64,000 nt of DNA from an uncultured Methylomirabilota bacterium. GTDB taxonomy: Bacteria; Methylomirabilota; Methylomirabilia; Methylomirabilales; 2-02-FULL-66-22. Both the position numbers and the translations under genes were made by a program. Positions 10,256 through 23,800 of this stretch are shown here, piece after piece. The notes under the pieces were generated by a model. It had not been told where the DNA came from. It saw only the letters and a list, made by a program, of their open reading frames with translations, and made no database searches. Each line of letters starts with the position of its first letter. The stretch's first letter is position 1. The stretch covers positions 3,072,001-3,136,000 of the forward strand of contig OY970067.1 in NCBI GenBank assembly GCA_963705305.1, read 5' to 3'.

Positions 10256-11188
10256 ATGAGCATTCTGGCCGTCGGTTCAATGGCTTTTGATACGGTCAAG
10301 ACCCCGTTTGGCGAGGCGACGGAGGTGTTGGGTGGCTCGGCCACGTACTTTGCCACCGCGGCGAGCTTCTTCGCTCCGGTGCGCGTGGTAGCCGTCGTGG
10401 GGGAGGACTTTCCGGATGGGCACCTGGACTTTCTGCGCAGCCGGAGCGTGGACGTGCGGGGGATCCAGCGGATGCCGGGAAAGACGTTCCGCTGGAAGGG
10501 CGAGTACGGCTATGCACTGAACGAGGCGCGCACCCTGGATACCCAATTGAATGTCTTCGCCGAGTTCGCCCCCAAGATCCCTGAGGACTACCGCGACTCC
10601 GAGGTGGTCTTCCTGGCCAATATCGATCCCGACCTCCAGCGGGACGTCCTCCGGCAGGTCCGCCGGCCGCGGCTGGTCGCCGCCGACACCATGAATTACT
10701 GGATTGGTGGGAAGCCGGAGTCGCTGCGCCAGACGCTGAGCCTGGTGGATGCCCTGGTCATCAACGATGCGGAGACCCGGCAGCTCGCCAACGATCCGAA
10801 CCTGGTCCAGGCGGTGCGAACGATCCGCAGCTGGGGGCCGCGGGTCGTGGTCGTCAAGCGGGGGGAGTACGGCGCCCTGCTGTTCCACGACGGGAACTGG
10901 TTCGCCGCGCCGGCTATTCCGCTGGAGCAGGTCCAGGACCCGACGGGGGCGGGGGATTGTTTCGCCGGGGGCCTCATGGGATACCTCGCCAGCGTGATGC
11001 GCTTCGATGACGCCACCCTGCGGCGGGCGGTGATCATGGGGTCGGTGATGGCCTCGTTTAACGTGGAAGCATTCTCGTTGGATCGGCTGCGCCGCCTGAC
11101 GCGGGAGGAGATCCAGGCCCGCTACCAGGCTTTCCGACAGCTGGCGAAGTTCGAGGACTTGGACACTCCCGGCAGCGACAAAGAATGA
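10256..11188 (+). CDS. PfkB family sugar/nucleoside kinase
   Basis: LGGSATY, VVKRGEYG, DPTGAGDCFAGG signature. Confidence 0.9.
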   Translation: MSILAVGSMAFDTVKTPFGEATEVLGGSATYFATAASFFAPVRVVAVVGEDFPDGHLDFLRSRSVDVRGIQRMPGKTFRWKGEYGYALNEARTLDTQLNVFAEFAPKIPEDYRDSEVVFLANIDPDLQRDVLRQVRRPRLVAADTMNYWIGGKPESLRQTLSLVDALVINDAETRQLANDPNLVQAVRTIRSWGPRVVVVKRGEYGALLFHDGNWFAAPAIPLEQVQDPTGAGDCFAGGLMGYLASVMRFDDATLRRAVIMGSVMASFNVEAFSLDRLRRLTREEIQARYQAFRQLAKFEDLDTPGSDKE

Positions 11189-11228
11189 GGCGGGGCCGTC
11201 GAGGGCTCGCGCCGATGGGCGGTGGTCA

Positions 11229-12533
11229 ATGGCGACATGGCGAATTCTGGTGGTGGATGACGAACCGTACGTCCTGTTGGCGCTCCACGAGGTCCTCGCC
11301 GCCCTGCCGGCCAGCATTCAGGAGGCCCAGGATGGGGAGGAGGCGCTGCGCCTCGCCAGGGATGAGCACCCCGATCTCATCCTGCTGGACGTGAAGATGC
11401 CGGATATGGACGGCTTCCAGGTGATCGAGAAGTTGAAGCAGGATCCCGCCACCGCGGGCATCCCCGTGGTGTTCCTGAGCGCGCTGGGCGGCTCGAAGGA
11501 AAAGCTCCGGGGGCTGGAGCTGGGGGCGGAAGATTACTTGGTCAAGCCGATCGACGGGGAGGAGCTGAAGGCCCGGGTCCGGATGGTGCTGCGCCGCGCT
11601 CATACCAAAGAGACGCCGCACTCGACGGTCCTGACCCACGGGCAGCTCGAAACGACAAGCCTGGCCTCTCTCTTGCGATCCCTGAGCGGCGAGGGACGGA
11701 CCGTCCGAGTGCGGCTTCGGCGGGACGACGAGGAAGGCGAAATCGTTTTGCTGGAGGGCCGAATCACGGCGGCCGCCCAGGGGCCGCGGCGCGGCCCCGC
11801 CGCGATCTATCAGCTCTTGGGATGGCAGGACGGAACGTTCGAGATGGGCGCCGTTACACCCTCCAGCCCGATGGAGGGGGAAGTAACGGAACCGAATCAG
11901 ACCCTGCTGACCGAAGCGTCCCGCCGCCAGCTGGAGATCGCCGACCTGCGCACGAAGCTGGCAGGCGTGAAGGGCCCGCTCATGGTTTCCACCGCGGTGC
12001 GGGCGGCGGTCGAGAGCCTGGCCGCGCCGGCCGCCCTGGCCCTGGTGGCGCTTCTGGACGGCACCCGGGCCCTGCCCCAGCTACTCTGCGACAGCCCCTT
12101 TGACGATTGGGCCACGCTGCGGCTGCTGCACCGGCTGAACACCGTGGGGGCCCTGGAGAGTGTACACGTGGAGGCCGATCGCCGGACCGGCCTTCGCCTC
12201 AAGGTCGGGCTGCCCATCGAGTACCAGAGCGTGGGCCTGTGGCAGCAGAGCTCCACCTTCAACCTGTCCCCGTGGGGAGTGTTCATCCGGACTCCCGTCC
12301 CGTACGCCGTCGGGGAAGAGGTGATGCTGCGGTTTCGCCTGCCCGATCGGGAGGAGGGGATCTCCGTCCTCGGGCGCGTGATCTGGGCGAATCCGGATCC
12401 CACCCTGTGGGGCGGGACCGGCATGGGGATTCAGTTTGCGGACCTGCCCTTGGTCGAGCGAAAAGCCATCGAGGAGCATCTGGCCCAGACGATCGCCTCG
12501 CAGCTGGCCGCGGCTGCCGAGCGCCCCGCCTGA
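11229..12533 (+). CDS. Response regulator: REC + DUF4388/PATAN-like + C-terminal PilZ
   Basis: ILVVDD, LLDVKMP, KP; G.L....L..LL and W.DGTF central domain; RRTGLR and NLSPWG PilZ motifs. Confidence 0.85.
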   Translation: MATWRILVVDDEPYVLLALHEVLAALPASIQEAQDGEEALRLARDEHPDLILLDVKMPDMDGFQVIEKLKQDPATAGIPVVFLSALGGSKEKLRGLELGAEDYLVKPIDGEELKARVRMVLRRAHTKETPHSTVLTHGQLETTSLASLLRSLSGEGRTVRVRLRRDDEEGEIVLLEGRITAAAQGPRRGPAAIYQLLGWQDGTFEMGAVTPSSPMEGEVTEPNQTLLTEASRRQLEIADLRTKLAGVKGPLMVSTAVRAAVESLAAPAALALVALLDGTRALPQLLCDSPFDDWATLRLLHRLNTVGALESVHVEADRRTGLRLKVGLPIEYQSVGLWQQSSTFNLSPWGVFIRTPVPYAVGEEVMLRFRLPDREEGISVLGRVIWANPDPTLWGGTGMGIQFADLPLVERKAIEEHLAQTIASQLAAAAERPA

Positions 12534-12582
12534 ATGGTATCCCTGTACACCCCCCTCCCCTGAGAGACCGCAGGCCGACGGT

Positions 12583-12623
12583 GCCGGCGGGCAGGCCCCG
12601 GAGCCTGCCCGCCGGCTTTTTTT
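12583..12623 (+). terminator. Intrinsic terminator
   Basis: 14-bp perfect stem GCCGGCGGGCAGGC/GCCTGCCCGCCGGC followed by T7. Confidence 0.9.
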
Positions 12624-12662
12624 GACGCCTGCGGGCGGGAGGGAAACGGGGCCGTCTCATAC

Positions 12663-12690
12663 TTGCGGGCCGCTCTTGTCGGAGTATAAT
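12663..12690 (+). promoter_or_regulatory. Sigma70-type promoter upstream of uvrA
   Basis: TTGCGG-N16-TATAAT. Confidence 0.6.
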
Positions 12691-12739
12691 CAAGGGTCCC
12701 TGGCCGTTCGGCCCCCTTTCGCACGAGGAGCGATAGACC

Positions 12740-15416
<2,677 letters not shown>

Positions 15417-15684
15417 GGCCTGGTTGCCCCCTGGAGTCGTTCGTAACCTCGAACCTCGAACCTTCTCTCTCCCTACCCGCTTTGCTCAATCGTCCCATTG
15501 GGGCAGTCGAACAGGAGACAAAGTGGCTCACCTGATATCTGGTAGTCCAATGTCGTGATTTTCAACACTCCTCTCTCTATCCGCAAAACTCTATAAATGT
15601 ACATAGTTGCGGCATGGTGTGGGGCTCGAGATGTCTCTGTCGGGGACGACCAATAATGGCATGCCACTTGTATCAACAAAACGC

Positions 15685-15853
15685 AGTCGTAAGCCGTTCT
15701 AATTCGAGGAACTAACGGAGTTCACCCTGGGCGTTCGGCGCCAAGCGCCGAGAGAGTCCGGGTTACAAGCTGAAGCCGCGGGACCGACTCCCCCCCTCCC
15801 CGGTCCCGCGACCAGACCCCCGGCCTGAGCAATCGGGCCGGGGGTATTTCTTT
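15685..15853 (+). ncRNA. Candidate small RNA (unclassified)
   Basis: ORF-free tandem hairpins, one with a C-rich loop, ending in a terminator; sigma54-like motif upstream. Confidence 0.35.
15816..15853 (+). terminator. Intrinsic terminator
   Basis: 13-bp stem ACCCCCGGCCTGA/TCGGGCCGGGGGT, GCAA tetraloop, ATTTCTTT tail. Confidence 0.7.
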
Positions 15854-15866
15854 GCTGCAACCCAAG

Positions 15867-17098
15867 GGGACGTAGTTCACTTATTTCCGATAACTGCTTG
15901 ACAGCCGGAACGCGGGAATAGTAAGGTCTATCTACAATGCCGCGCGGACCACGACTGGACGCTCCGGGGGCTCTCCATCACGTCATCGTGAGGGGGATTG
16001 AGCGTCGAAATATCTTTCGATCGGATGGGGATCGCGCGGATTTCGTCCAGCGACTCGAGCGTGTCTGGGAGAGGACCGGGCTCAATGTCCTGGCCTGGGC
16101 GCTCCTTCCCAATCATGTCCATCTGCTGGTTCGCTCGGGCTTTCGCCCTCTTGCCGCTTCTATGCGGCAGTTGCTCACGGGCTATGCGATCAGCTTCAAC
16201 CTGCGGCATCGGCGCATAGGTCATCTCTTCCAAAATCGGTACAAATCGATTTTAGTCGAAGAGGATCCCTACCTTCTGGAGTTGGTTCGGTACATCCACC
16301 TGAATCCCCTCCGTGCGTGCATTGTGAAGGACGTGGGTGCTCTGGAACGATTCAGATGGACAGGGCATTCGGTGATACTCGGGAGGATGTCTCGTCCGTG
16401 GCAAGCGACCGGGGAGGTGCTTGGGCGCTTTGGGGGGCGCCTCTCGACGGCACGGCAGGCCTATCGGTCTTTCGTGCGGAATGGCGCCAAGAATGGGCAT
16501 CGCCCAGACTTGCAGGGCGGAGGGCTGCGGCGCAGCATGGGTGGATGGGAGAACGTGGCGGTACTGGGACGTGGCCGGGAGTTGTGGACGGCAGACGAGC
16601 GCATCTTGGGCGGTCCTGACTTCGTTCTTGGGGTGCTGAAGGAAGCCGAGCAGACTTCCCGACAGGGCCATTCAGAGGCAAAGCCTTCTCTGAACGAGGT
16701 GATCGAGCGGGTCGCAAAAGATCTGGGCTTGTCAGTGAAGGAGTGTTGTGGTGGGGGGCGCCGTCGCCTTTTGGTCAGAGCGCGCGCCGTGATCAGCCAT
16801 AAGGCGGTTCGCGAATTGGGATTCCCGGTGGTGTCCGTTGCGCGCGCCCTCGGGGTTTCCTCACAGGCGATACTCATGGGACTGGAGCGTGTGGAACGAC
16901 GGGGAGAGCCCGGGGGGGGTCGGACGTTACGAAGGACCAGTGCGACCGGTGGCTGAGAGCAGGCTGGAAGCTCCCAAGACCTCTGGTGTGTTTGGTGGCG
17001 TGGGCACCGGATGAAGGCGAAGAGGGTGGCTGAAAACAGTGACAGCAATAAGAGGTTTGCTCGGAAATGACATATCGGAAATAACTGAACAACGTCCC
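15867..17098 (+). mobile_element. RAYT/IS200-like element bounded by 26-bp inverted ends
   Basis: GGGACGTAGTTCACTTATTTCCGATA (15867-15892) vs reverse complement of 17073-17098: 24/26 identical; encloses the transposase and a TTGACA..TAAGGT promoter. Confidence 0.8.
15937..16956 (+). CDS. HUH Y1 tyrosine transposase (RAYT-like) with C-terminal HTH (DnaA_C-like)
   Basis: MPRGPR..PGALHHVIVRG, PNHVHLL (HUH), GHLFQNRYKS, YIHLNP catalytic Tyr. Confidence 0.9.
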   Translation: MPRGPRLDAPGALHHVIVRGIERRNIFRSDGDRADFVQRLERVWERTGLNVLAWALLPNHVHLLVRSGFRPLAASMRQLLTGYAISFNLRHRRIGHLFQNRYKSILVEEDPYLLELVRYIHLNPLRACIVKDVGALERFRWTGHSVILGRMSRPWQATGEVLGRFGGRLSTARQAYRSFVRNGAKNGHRPDLQGGGLRRSMGGWENVAVLGRGRELWTADERILGGPDFVLGVLKEAEQTSRQGHSEAKPSLNEVIERVAKDLGLSVKECCGGGRRRLLVRARAVISHKAVRELGFPVVSVARALGVSSQAILMGLERVERRGEPGGGRTLRRTSATGG

Positions 17099-17517
17099 AT
17101 TCTCAAGGCCTGACCCCAATCACGGACCGGGGGGGCGAAGAGCGTGGAGGGCGGAGCAAGGAGGGCCGGGAACAGAGTGCACAGATCTTTTCTTGGCGCC
17201 GTGAGACCGGGGCGCAATGATGGTGTTGACAAGTCCCCCACAGATTGGTAGAGGTGTCATATATTTCACGCATATTTTCAAGGTTCAGAAAGAACGGAAG
17301 AATTCGATGGTCGCCATTGCGAGCATCTGGGACTCAAAGATCCTCCAGCCACACCATCGCTCAACCCGTCACCCCAATCAATCGACCCCCGCTCTTGCAT
17401 CTCGCTTGACGAAGGCAATATGCCTATTATCGGGCCCCGTTCGAATGCCGGCGATGGCGGGTTAGCCGGCGGGAGACGGCTCGTGGGCGAAGCCCCGCAT
17501 GAGTTACGGAGGGGAGT

Positions 17518-20500
17518 ATGAATAGGGCCGGGCGACGGACAGCGCTCCGGTTGTCGGCTATCTACGTTCTCCTGGCGGGGGTCTGGATCTCCATTTCGGA
17601 TCGCATCGTGTCGTCGCTGACGACCAATCCGGCGCATATGACGCGACTACAAAACTACAAAGGATGGGCATTCGTCCTGGTCACCGGCGGAATGCTGCTC
17701 TTCCTGCTCCACCGAGAATTTCGCCGCCGAGAAAAGATTGAGGAGGGCCTTCGAGCAGGCGAAGCGCAATATCGGATACTCTTTGAGAACAGTCGGCAAG
17801 GCGTGCTGCTTACCACCCCGGACGGACACATCCTGGCCGCCAACCCCGCGGCCTGCCGGCTCTTCGGCTGGACAGAAACGGAGATCTGCCGGGAGAAATG
17901 GGACTCCCTGATAGAAAACACCGATCCCCGGTCGGCAGCCGAATTCGAGGAGCGGGCGCGCACGGGCCCGTTCGCTGGCGAGGTGCGGTTCCGGCGGAAG
18001 GACGGCAGCAGTTTCGAGGGTCATGTGACCTCGACCGTCTTTACCGATCGGGGCGGGGAATCTCGGGTCAGCATATTCGTCCGGGATGTGACCGAGCCGA
18101 AACGCGCCGCGGCCACGCTGACGCGCCTCAATCAGGATCTCCGCACGATCAGTCTCTGCAATCAGGTTCTCGTGCGTGCGAAGGGCGAAGGGGAGCTGCT
18201 GGGGGAGATCTGCCGGACCATCGTCGAGGTGGGCGGGCATCGGGCCGCCTGGGTGGGCTTCGTCGAAGGGGAGGATAGTCGTCACGTCCGACCGGTCACA
18301 GTCGTGGGCTGCGAGCCGGACCGGCTGGACCGGCACGCCATGGATCTGGCGGACCCGGCCTGGGAGACGTGTCCAGTGGCCTCCGCCGTCCGGACCGCGG
18401 GCGTGCAGGTCGTCCATGACCTCCCGGGGAATCCGCCCCGCTGCCCGTGGCACGATGAGGCGATGCGCCTCGGGATCGGCTCGTCCATCTCCCTGCCGCT
18501 CAAACAGGACGGGCGGCCCTTCGGGGTGCTGACGATCTATTTCCCGGCTCGAGACGCGTTCACCGCCGAGGAAGAGACGCTCCTTGTCGAGCTGGCCGAC
18601 GACCTGGCCTATGGCATTCAGGCGCTGCGCACGCAGAAAGCACACGAGCAAGCCCAGGCCGACATCGAGAGCCTCGCGCGGTTCCCCGGTGAGAACCCCA
18701 GTCCCATCATGCGGATTCGGGAGGACGGGGTGCTGCTGTATGCCAACGAGCCCTGCGGCCCGCTCCTCCGCCTGTGGGGCACCGGTATCGGCGGCCCGGT
18801 CCCGGCGGAGTGGGGCGCACGGGTCCGGTGCGCCCTAGAAACAGGTGCGAGAGCGGGCATTGATCTGCCATGCGAGGGGCGAATCTTTTCAATCGTCCTG
18901 GCGCCCGTCCCGGAGGCACTGTACGCGAACCTCTACGGCCGTGACGTCACCGAGCGCAGGCAGGCGGAGGAGGAGTTGGCCGCGCACGCCCGCCGGCTGG
19001 AAACGGTGCGTACGATCAGTAGTGAGATCACCCGGGAGCTGAATCTGGGCGCGCTGCTGCAGCGGATCATCCAGGAAGCGGTGGCGCTGGTGGGGGCCCG
19101 CTCGGGGATGCTGCGCCTCTGGGACGCGGACCACCAGAGACTCGTCCCGTATGCCTGGATCGGCTATGAGACCGTGCGGCCGGACATCGTGCTCCGCCTC
19201 GGCGAGGGGGTGGCCGGGACGGCCGCCCAGCAAGAGACCGGCTTCTTTGTGAACGATTTCCGAGCGTCTCCCTACGCCACGGCCGCCCTCCTGGCGGCGA
19301 CCACCCACCGCGCGGTCCTGGCCGAGCCGCTCCTCTACCGCGAGCGTCTGTTGGGCGTCGTCAACGTGAACCACGAGGCGCCCGACCGTGCCTTCACGCC
19401 GGCGGACCAGGAGATCCTGGCCCTGTTCGCCAGCCAGGCGGCCATCGCCATCGAGAACGCCCGCCTTCATAAGGCGGCCCTGCGCCGCATGGAGGAGCTA
19501 CAAGCGCTCCTCCGGGCCACGCGGTCGGTCATGAGCGGCCTGAATCTGGAGGGGACCCTGGACCGGATCCTCACCGAGGCTGCCCAGATCTCCGGCAGCC
19601 CCCGCGTCAAAATCCTCCTGCTGGACAACCGGACAGGGGAGCTCCAACTAAAGGCGGTCAAGAACCCCACAGCCAGGGTGTCCGCAGGACTCCGGCCCCG
19701 AATAGGCCTCTCACACATCGTGGTGGCGACCCGCGAACCGCTATTCGTCTCGGACTGCCAGCACGACTCGCGAAATCCTTACGCCGATCAGGACCGGGAG
19801 TTTGGGCACGTGACCTACCTCGGCCTGCCCATCCTGGTCGGAGAGGAGGTCGCTGGCGTGTTGACCTTCAACACGACAGAGCCCCGCGAGTACACGCCGG
19901 AGGAGATCGCCTACCTCATGTCGTTCACCACCCAAGCCGCCATCGCCATCGAGAACGCCCGGCTGTACGAGGAGACCCGCCGCCACGCCGCCGAATTGGA
20001 GCAGCGCGTGGCGGAACGGACAGCGGAGCTGGAGTGGGCCAACCGGGAGCTCGCCGCCGCCTCCCAGCACAAGTCCGCTTTCCTCGCCAACATGTCCCAC
20101 GAACTCCGGACCCCACTGAACGGGATCCTCGGCTTCGCCCAGATCCTCCAGGAGCAGGCGGGGCCCGCCCTCACGGAGAAGCAGCGCCGGTACCTGAATC
20201 ACATCTACGGGAGCGGCCAGCACCTCCTCACCCTCATCAACGACATCCTGGATCTGTCCAAGGTCGAGGCCGGGAAGGTCGTCCTCCAGCCGGAGCCCCT
20301 CCCGGTGGCCCAAACCCTGGAGGACCTCCTCGTCATTGCCCGGGGCCTCGCCAACAAGCGGGCGCAGACCCTCACGGCTGAAATCGCCCCAGACCTGCCC
20401 CCCCTCACGGCCGACCCCGTCCGCTTCAAGCAGATCCTGTTCAACCTCCTCAGCAATGCCGTCAAGTTCACCCCCGACCGAGGCACTATCACGCTGACGG

Positions 20501-20814
20501 CCTGCCAGGTGACGGAGGACCGGAGCCCGGAGACCGACGCCACCCCCCGTCTCCCGTCCCCGGTCCCCTGTCTGGAACTCGCCGTGACCGACACCGGCGT
20601 CGGCATCAAGGCGGAGGACCTCCCGAAGCTCTTCCAGGAGTTCACCCAGCTCGAGACGACCCGCGCCCAGGCCCAGGAGGGCACCAGCCTCGGCCTCGCC
20701 CTCACCCGACGCCTGGTCGAGCTCCACGGAGGTCGGATCTGGGCCGCCTCCCCGGGCGAGGGCCAGGGGAGCACGTTCACGGTGGTGCTGCCCCTGGGAG
20801 GGCCGCTGGCATGA
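17518..20814 (+). CDS. Membrane-anchored sensor histidine kinase: 2TM-PAS-GAF-PAS-GAF-GAF-HisKA-HATPase
   Basis: FLANMSHELRTPL H-box, NLLSNAVKFT N-box, DTGVGI G1 box; AAIAIENARL GAF ends. Confidence 0.92.
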   Translation: MNRAGRRTALRLSAIYVLLAGVWISISDRIVSSLTTNPAHMTRLQNYKGWAFVLVTGGMLLFLLHREFRRREKIEEGLRAGEAQYRILFENSRQGVLLTTPDGHILAANPAACRLFGWTETEICREKWDSLIENTDPRSAAEFEERARTGPFAGEVRFRRKDGSSFEGHVTSTVFTDRGGESRVSIFVRDVTEPKRAAATLTRLNQDLRTISLCNQVLVRAKGEGELLGEICRTIVEVGGHRAAWVGFVEGEDSRHVRPVTVVGCEPDRLDRHAMDLADPAWETCPVASAVRTAGVQVVHDLPGNPPRCPWHDEAMRLGIGSSISLPLKQDGRPFGVLTIYFPARDAFTAEEETLLVELADDLAYGIQALRTQKAHEQAQADIESLARFPGENPSPIMRIREDGVLLYANEPCGPLLRLWGTGIGGPVPAEWGARVRCALETGARAGIDLPCEGRIFSIVLAPVPEALYANLYGRDVTERRQAEEELAAHARRLETVRTISSEITRELNLGALLQRIIQEAVALVGARSGMLRLWDADHQRLVPYAWIGYETVRPDIVLRLGEGVAGTAAQQETGFFVNDFRASPYATAALLAATTHRAVLAEPLLYRERLLGVVNVNHEAPDRAFTPADQEILALFASQAAIAIENARLHKAALRRMEELQALLRATRSVMSGLNLEGTLDRILTEAAQISGSPRVKILLLDNRTGELQLKAVKNPTARVSAGLRPRIGLSHIVVATREPLFVSDCQHDSRNPYADQDREFGHVTYLGLPILVGEEVAGVLTFNTTEPREYTPEEIAYLMSFTTQAAIAIENARLYEETRRHAAELEQRVAERTAELEWANRELAAASQHKSAFLANMSHELRTPLNGILGFAQILQEQAGPALTEKQRRYLNHIYGSGQHLLTLINDILDLSKVEAGKVVLQPEPLPVAQTLEDLLVIARGLANKRAQTLTAEIAPDLPPLTADPVRFKQILFNLLSNAVKFTPDRGTITLTACQVTEDRSPETDATPRLPSPVPCLELAVTDTGVGIKAEDLPKLFQEFTQLETTRAQAQEGTSLGLALTRRLVELHGGRIWAASPGEGQGSTFTVVLPLGGPLA

Positions 20815-23800
20815 GCCGCCGGCGCGCGCAGGACGCCCGCCTGGACGCCCTCCTACAAGCCAGCCACGCCGTGGCGGCGTCGCTGGACCTGGATCAAGTC
20901 CTGCGGACGATCGTCGAGGCCGCCGCCGCCATCTCCGGTGCCCCTTATGTCCGCCTATTCCTCCTGGAGGGCGAGCCTCCGATGCTGCACTGGCAGGTGG
21001 GGGTGGGCCTGCCGCCGGAGGCGGAGCCCAACCGTCCCATCCAGGCCGGGGAGAGCTTCTCGGGGCAGGTGGCAGCCAGCGGCCAGCCCCTGGCCGTGGC
21101 CGATTGCCGGCACGATCCGCGTATCCGCTTTCCCGAACATGTCGAGCGATACAGCCTCATCTCGTACCTGGGCCTGCCGGTGAAATCCATTGAGCGGGTC
21201 CTTGGGGTGTTGGTCTTCAATACCCCAGACCCTCGGGAGTACACACAAGAAGAGATTGCCTATCTGGCGGCCTTCGCGCAGCAGGCGGCGGTTGCCGTCG
21301 AAAACGCCCGCCTACACGAGGCGACGGTCGCCCGCCTGGAGCACGTCTCCATCCTGAATCGCCTCACCCGGTCCTTGATGACCTTGGACCCGGAGGCGGT
21401 GTACCAGGAAGTCATCGCGGCGGTACGGGTCCTAATGCCTGGGGCGGCCGCCCGCCTCTGGAACATCAGCGAGCAGGACCAGGGGACCCTGGAGCTCATG
21501 GCCTCCGAGGGCCTTCAGGACGAACGGGGCGGCACTGTCCAGTTCCGGCGAGGGGAGGGCCTGGCGGGCATCGCCGCCTCCACCCGGCAGGCCGTGGTCA
21601 GCCATGACCTGGCGCAGGATCCCCTCTTCGTGAACAAGGCCTGGGCCGCCCGGGAGGGGCTGGTCTCCGGCGCGCTGTTCCCGCTGGTCGCCGGCGAGCG
21701 GATTCACGGCATTCTCGCCGTCTTCGCGCGCGAGCCGCACGCGTTCAGCGACCAGGAAGTTGACGTGTTCCAGAACTTGGCGGCTCACGCGGCCCTCGCC
21801 ATCGAGAACGCCCGGCTGTTCAAGCAGGAGCAGGAGCGTCAGGAGCAGCTCGAGGCTGTCCGCGCGGTGGGCGAGGAGATCACCCGCGAGCTCGACCTTC
21901 CCCGCCTGTTGCGCCTCCTCATCGCCCGGGCGGCCGCGCTGGTCAGGGCGGCGAGCGGCACCGTATATCTGGTCGAGGGCGACCGGGTTGTCCCGGCCGC
22001 CTGGCACGGCCTGGGCGAGTGGCAGGGCGGGATTCAGCATCCGCTGGGCCAAGGCGTGGCCGGCACGGTGGCGCAAACCCGCCAGGGACTGGTGGCGAAC
22101 GACTACCGCACCTCGCGCTACGCCAATCCGATCTCGCTCCGGCACACGCAGACCACGGCCTCGCTCGGCGAGCCGCTCCTGTACCGGGACGAGGTGATCG
22201 GCGCCATTACCCTGAACCATGAGGGGGGGCGGACCTTTACCCCCGAAGATCAGGAACTGGTCCGCCTCTTCGCCACCCAGGCCGCCATCGGCATCGAGAA
22301 CGCGCGACTCTTTCAAGCGGAGCAGCAGCGCCGCCAGGAGTTGGAGGCGGTGCGGGGAGTCGCCGAAGAGATCACCCGGGAACTCGACCTCCGCCGGGTG
22401 CTCGCGCTTATCGCCCAGCGGGCGGTGGATCTGGTGGGGGGCGATGCCGACTCCCTGTGGCTGTGGGATGAGGCCACCCAGCTCCTCGTCGCCGGGGCCT
22501 GGCACGGCCACGGAGACTGGATGACCGGACGCCGGTTGCGACCTGGCGAGGGCGTGGCGGGGACGGTGGCCCTCCGGCGGGAAAGCCTCCTCATCAACGA
22601 CTACCCGGGCTCCCCCTACAGCGTGCCGGTGGTGCTGGCCAACTCCGCGATCACCGCCTGCATGGGCGCGCCCCTGATCTTCCGCGACCGGCTGCTGGGC
22701 GCACTCGTCCTCGACCGCTGGGTGGGGCGCCCCCCGTTCACCCCCGCAGACCAGCACACGCTGCGCCTCTTCGCCACCCAGGCCGCCATCGCCGTGGAGA
22801 ACGCGCGCGTCCACGACGCCGCGGTGCGCCGGACTGCAGAGCGGGAGGCCCTGCTCGCGGCCGCCCGCTCGGTGATGTCCGGCCTGGACCTGCCGAGCAT
22901 CCTGGACCGGATCGTGGAGCAGGCCCAGCAGATCTCGGGCGCGCCCCACGTCAAAGTCGTCCTCGTGGATCGGGCGGCGAATGCCCTCCGGGTCGGGGCC
23001 GCCCGCGGGTCGGGGCAGGTGCCCGGCGAGCTCATGCCCCTTGATCGGGGCGCCTCCGGCATCGTAGCCCAGACCGGCCACATCCTCTTCAGCCCCCACC
23101 ACCAGACAGATCCCCGGAACCTTTACGCGGACCGCGACCGGGAGCTCGGCCTCGTGACCTACCTCGGCCTGCCCATCAAGCGTGGGGAGGAAGTGCTCGG
23201 GGTGTTGACGTTCAACACGACCACGCCGAGGGAGTACAGCACCGAGGAGCTGACGTACCTCACGGCGTTCGCCCCCCATGCCGCCGTCGCCATCGAGAAC
23301 GCCCGCCTCTACGAGGCGGGCCAGCAGGAACTGGCCGAGCGCCGCCGGGCGGAGGCGACCCTGGTGCGGTACCGGCTCCTGGCCGAGCACGCGCGCGACA
23401 TCGTGCTCTTCGTGGAGTGGGCCACCGGGCGCATCCTGGAGGCGAACGCGGCCGCCGCGGCCGCCTACGGCTACCCCCCGGAGGAATTGCTCCGCCTCTC
23501 CATCCAGGACCTGCGGAGCCCGGAGACCCGCCCCCTCACCGCGGAGCAGATGGCCCAGGCCGACGCGGAGGGCATCCTGTTCGAGGCCGTGCACCGCCGG
23601 AAGGACGGGACCCCCTTCCCCGTGGAGGTGAGCTCGCGTGGCATGGACCTGGACGGGAGGCGCGTGCTCCTGAGCGTGATCCGTGACATCGCCGCCCGCA
23701 AGCAGGCCGAGGCGGCCCTCCAGCAGCGCACCCGGCAGCTCGAGGCGATCCGGAGTGTCAGCGAGGAGGTCACCCGGGAGCTGGACCTCGCAATCGTGCT

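Noticed and set aside
15473..15679. 68-aa minus-strand ORF in the AT-richer gap
   Set aside because: TTG start, atypical codon usage, no motif; more likely regulatory DNA.
17436..17470. GTTCGAAT as a tRNA T-loop
   Set aside because: No cloverleaf or acceptor stem could be built; no tRNA or rRNA was recognised in the window.
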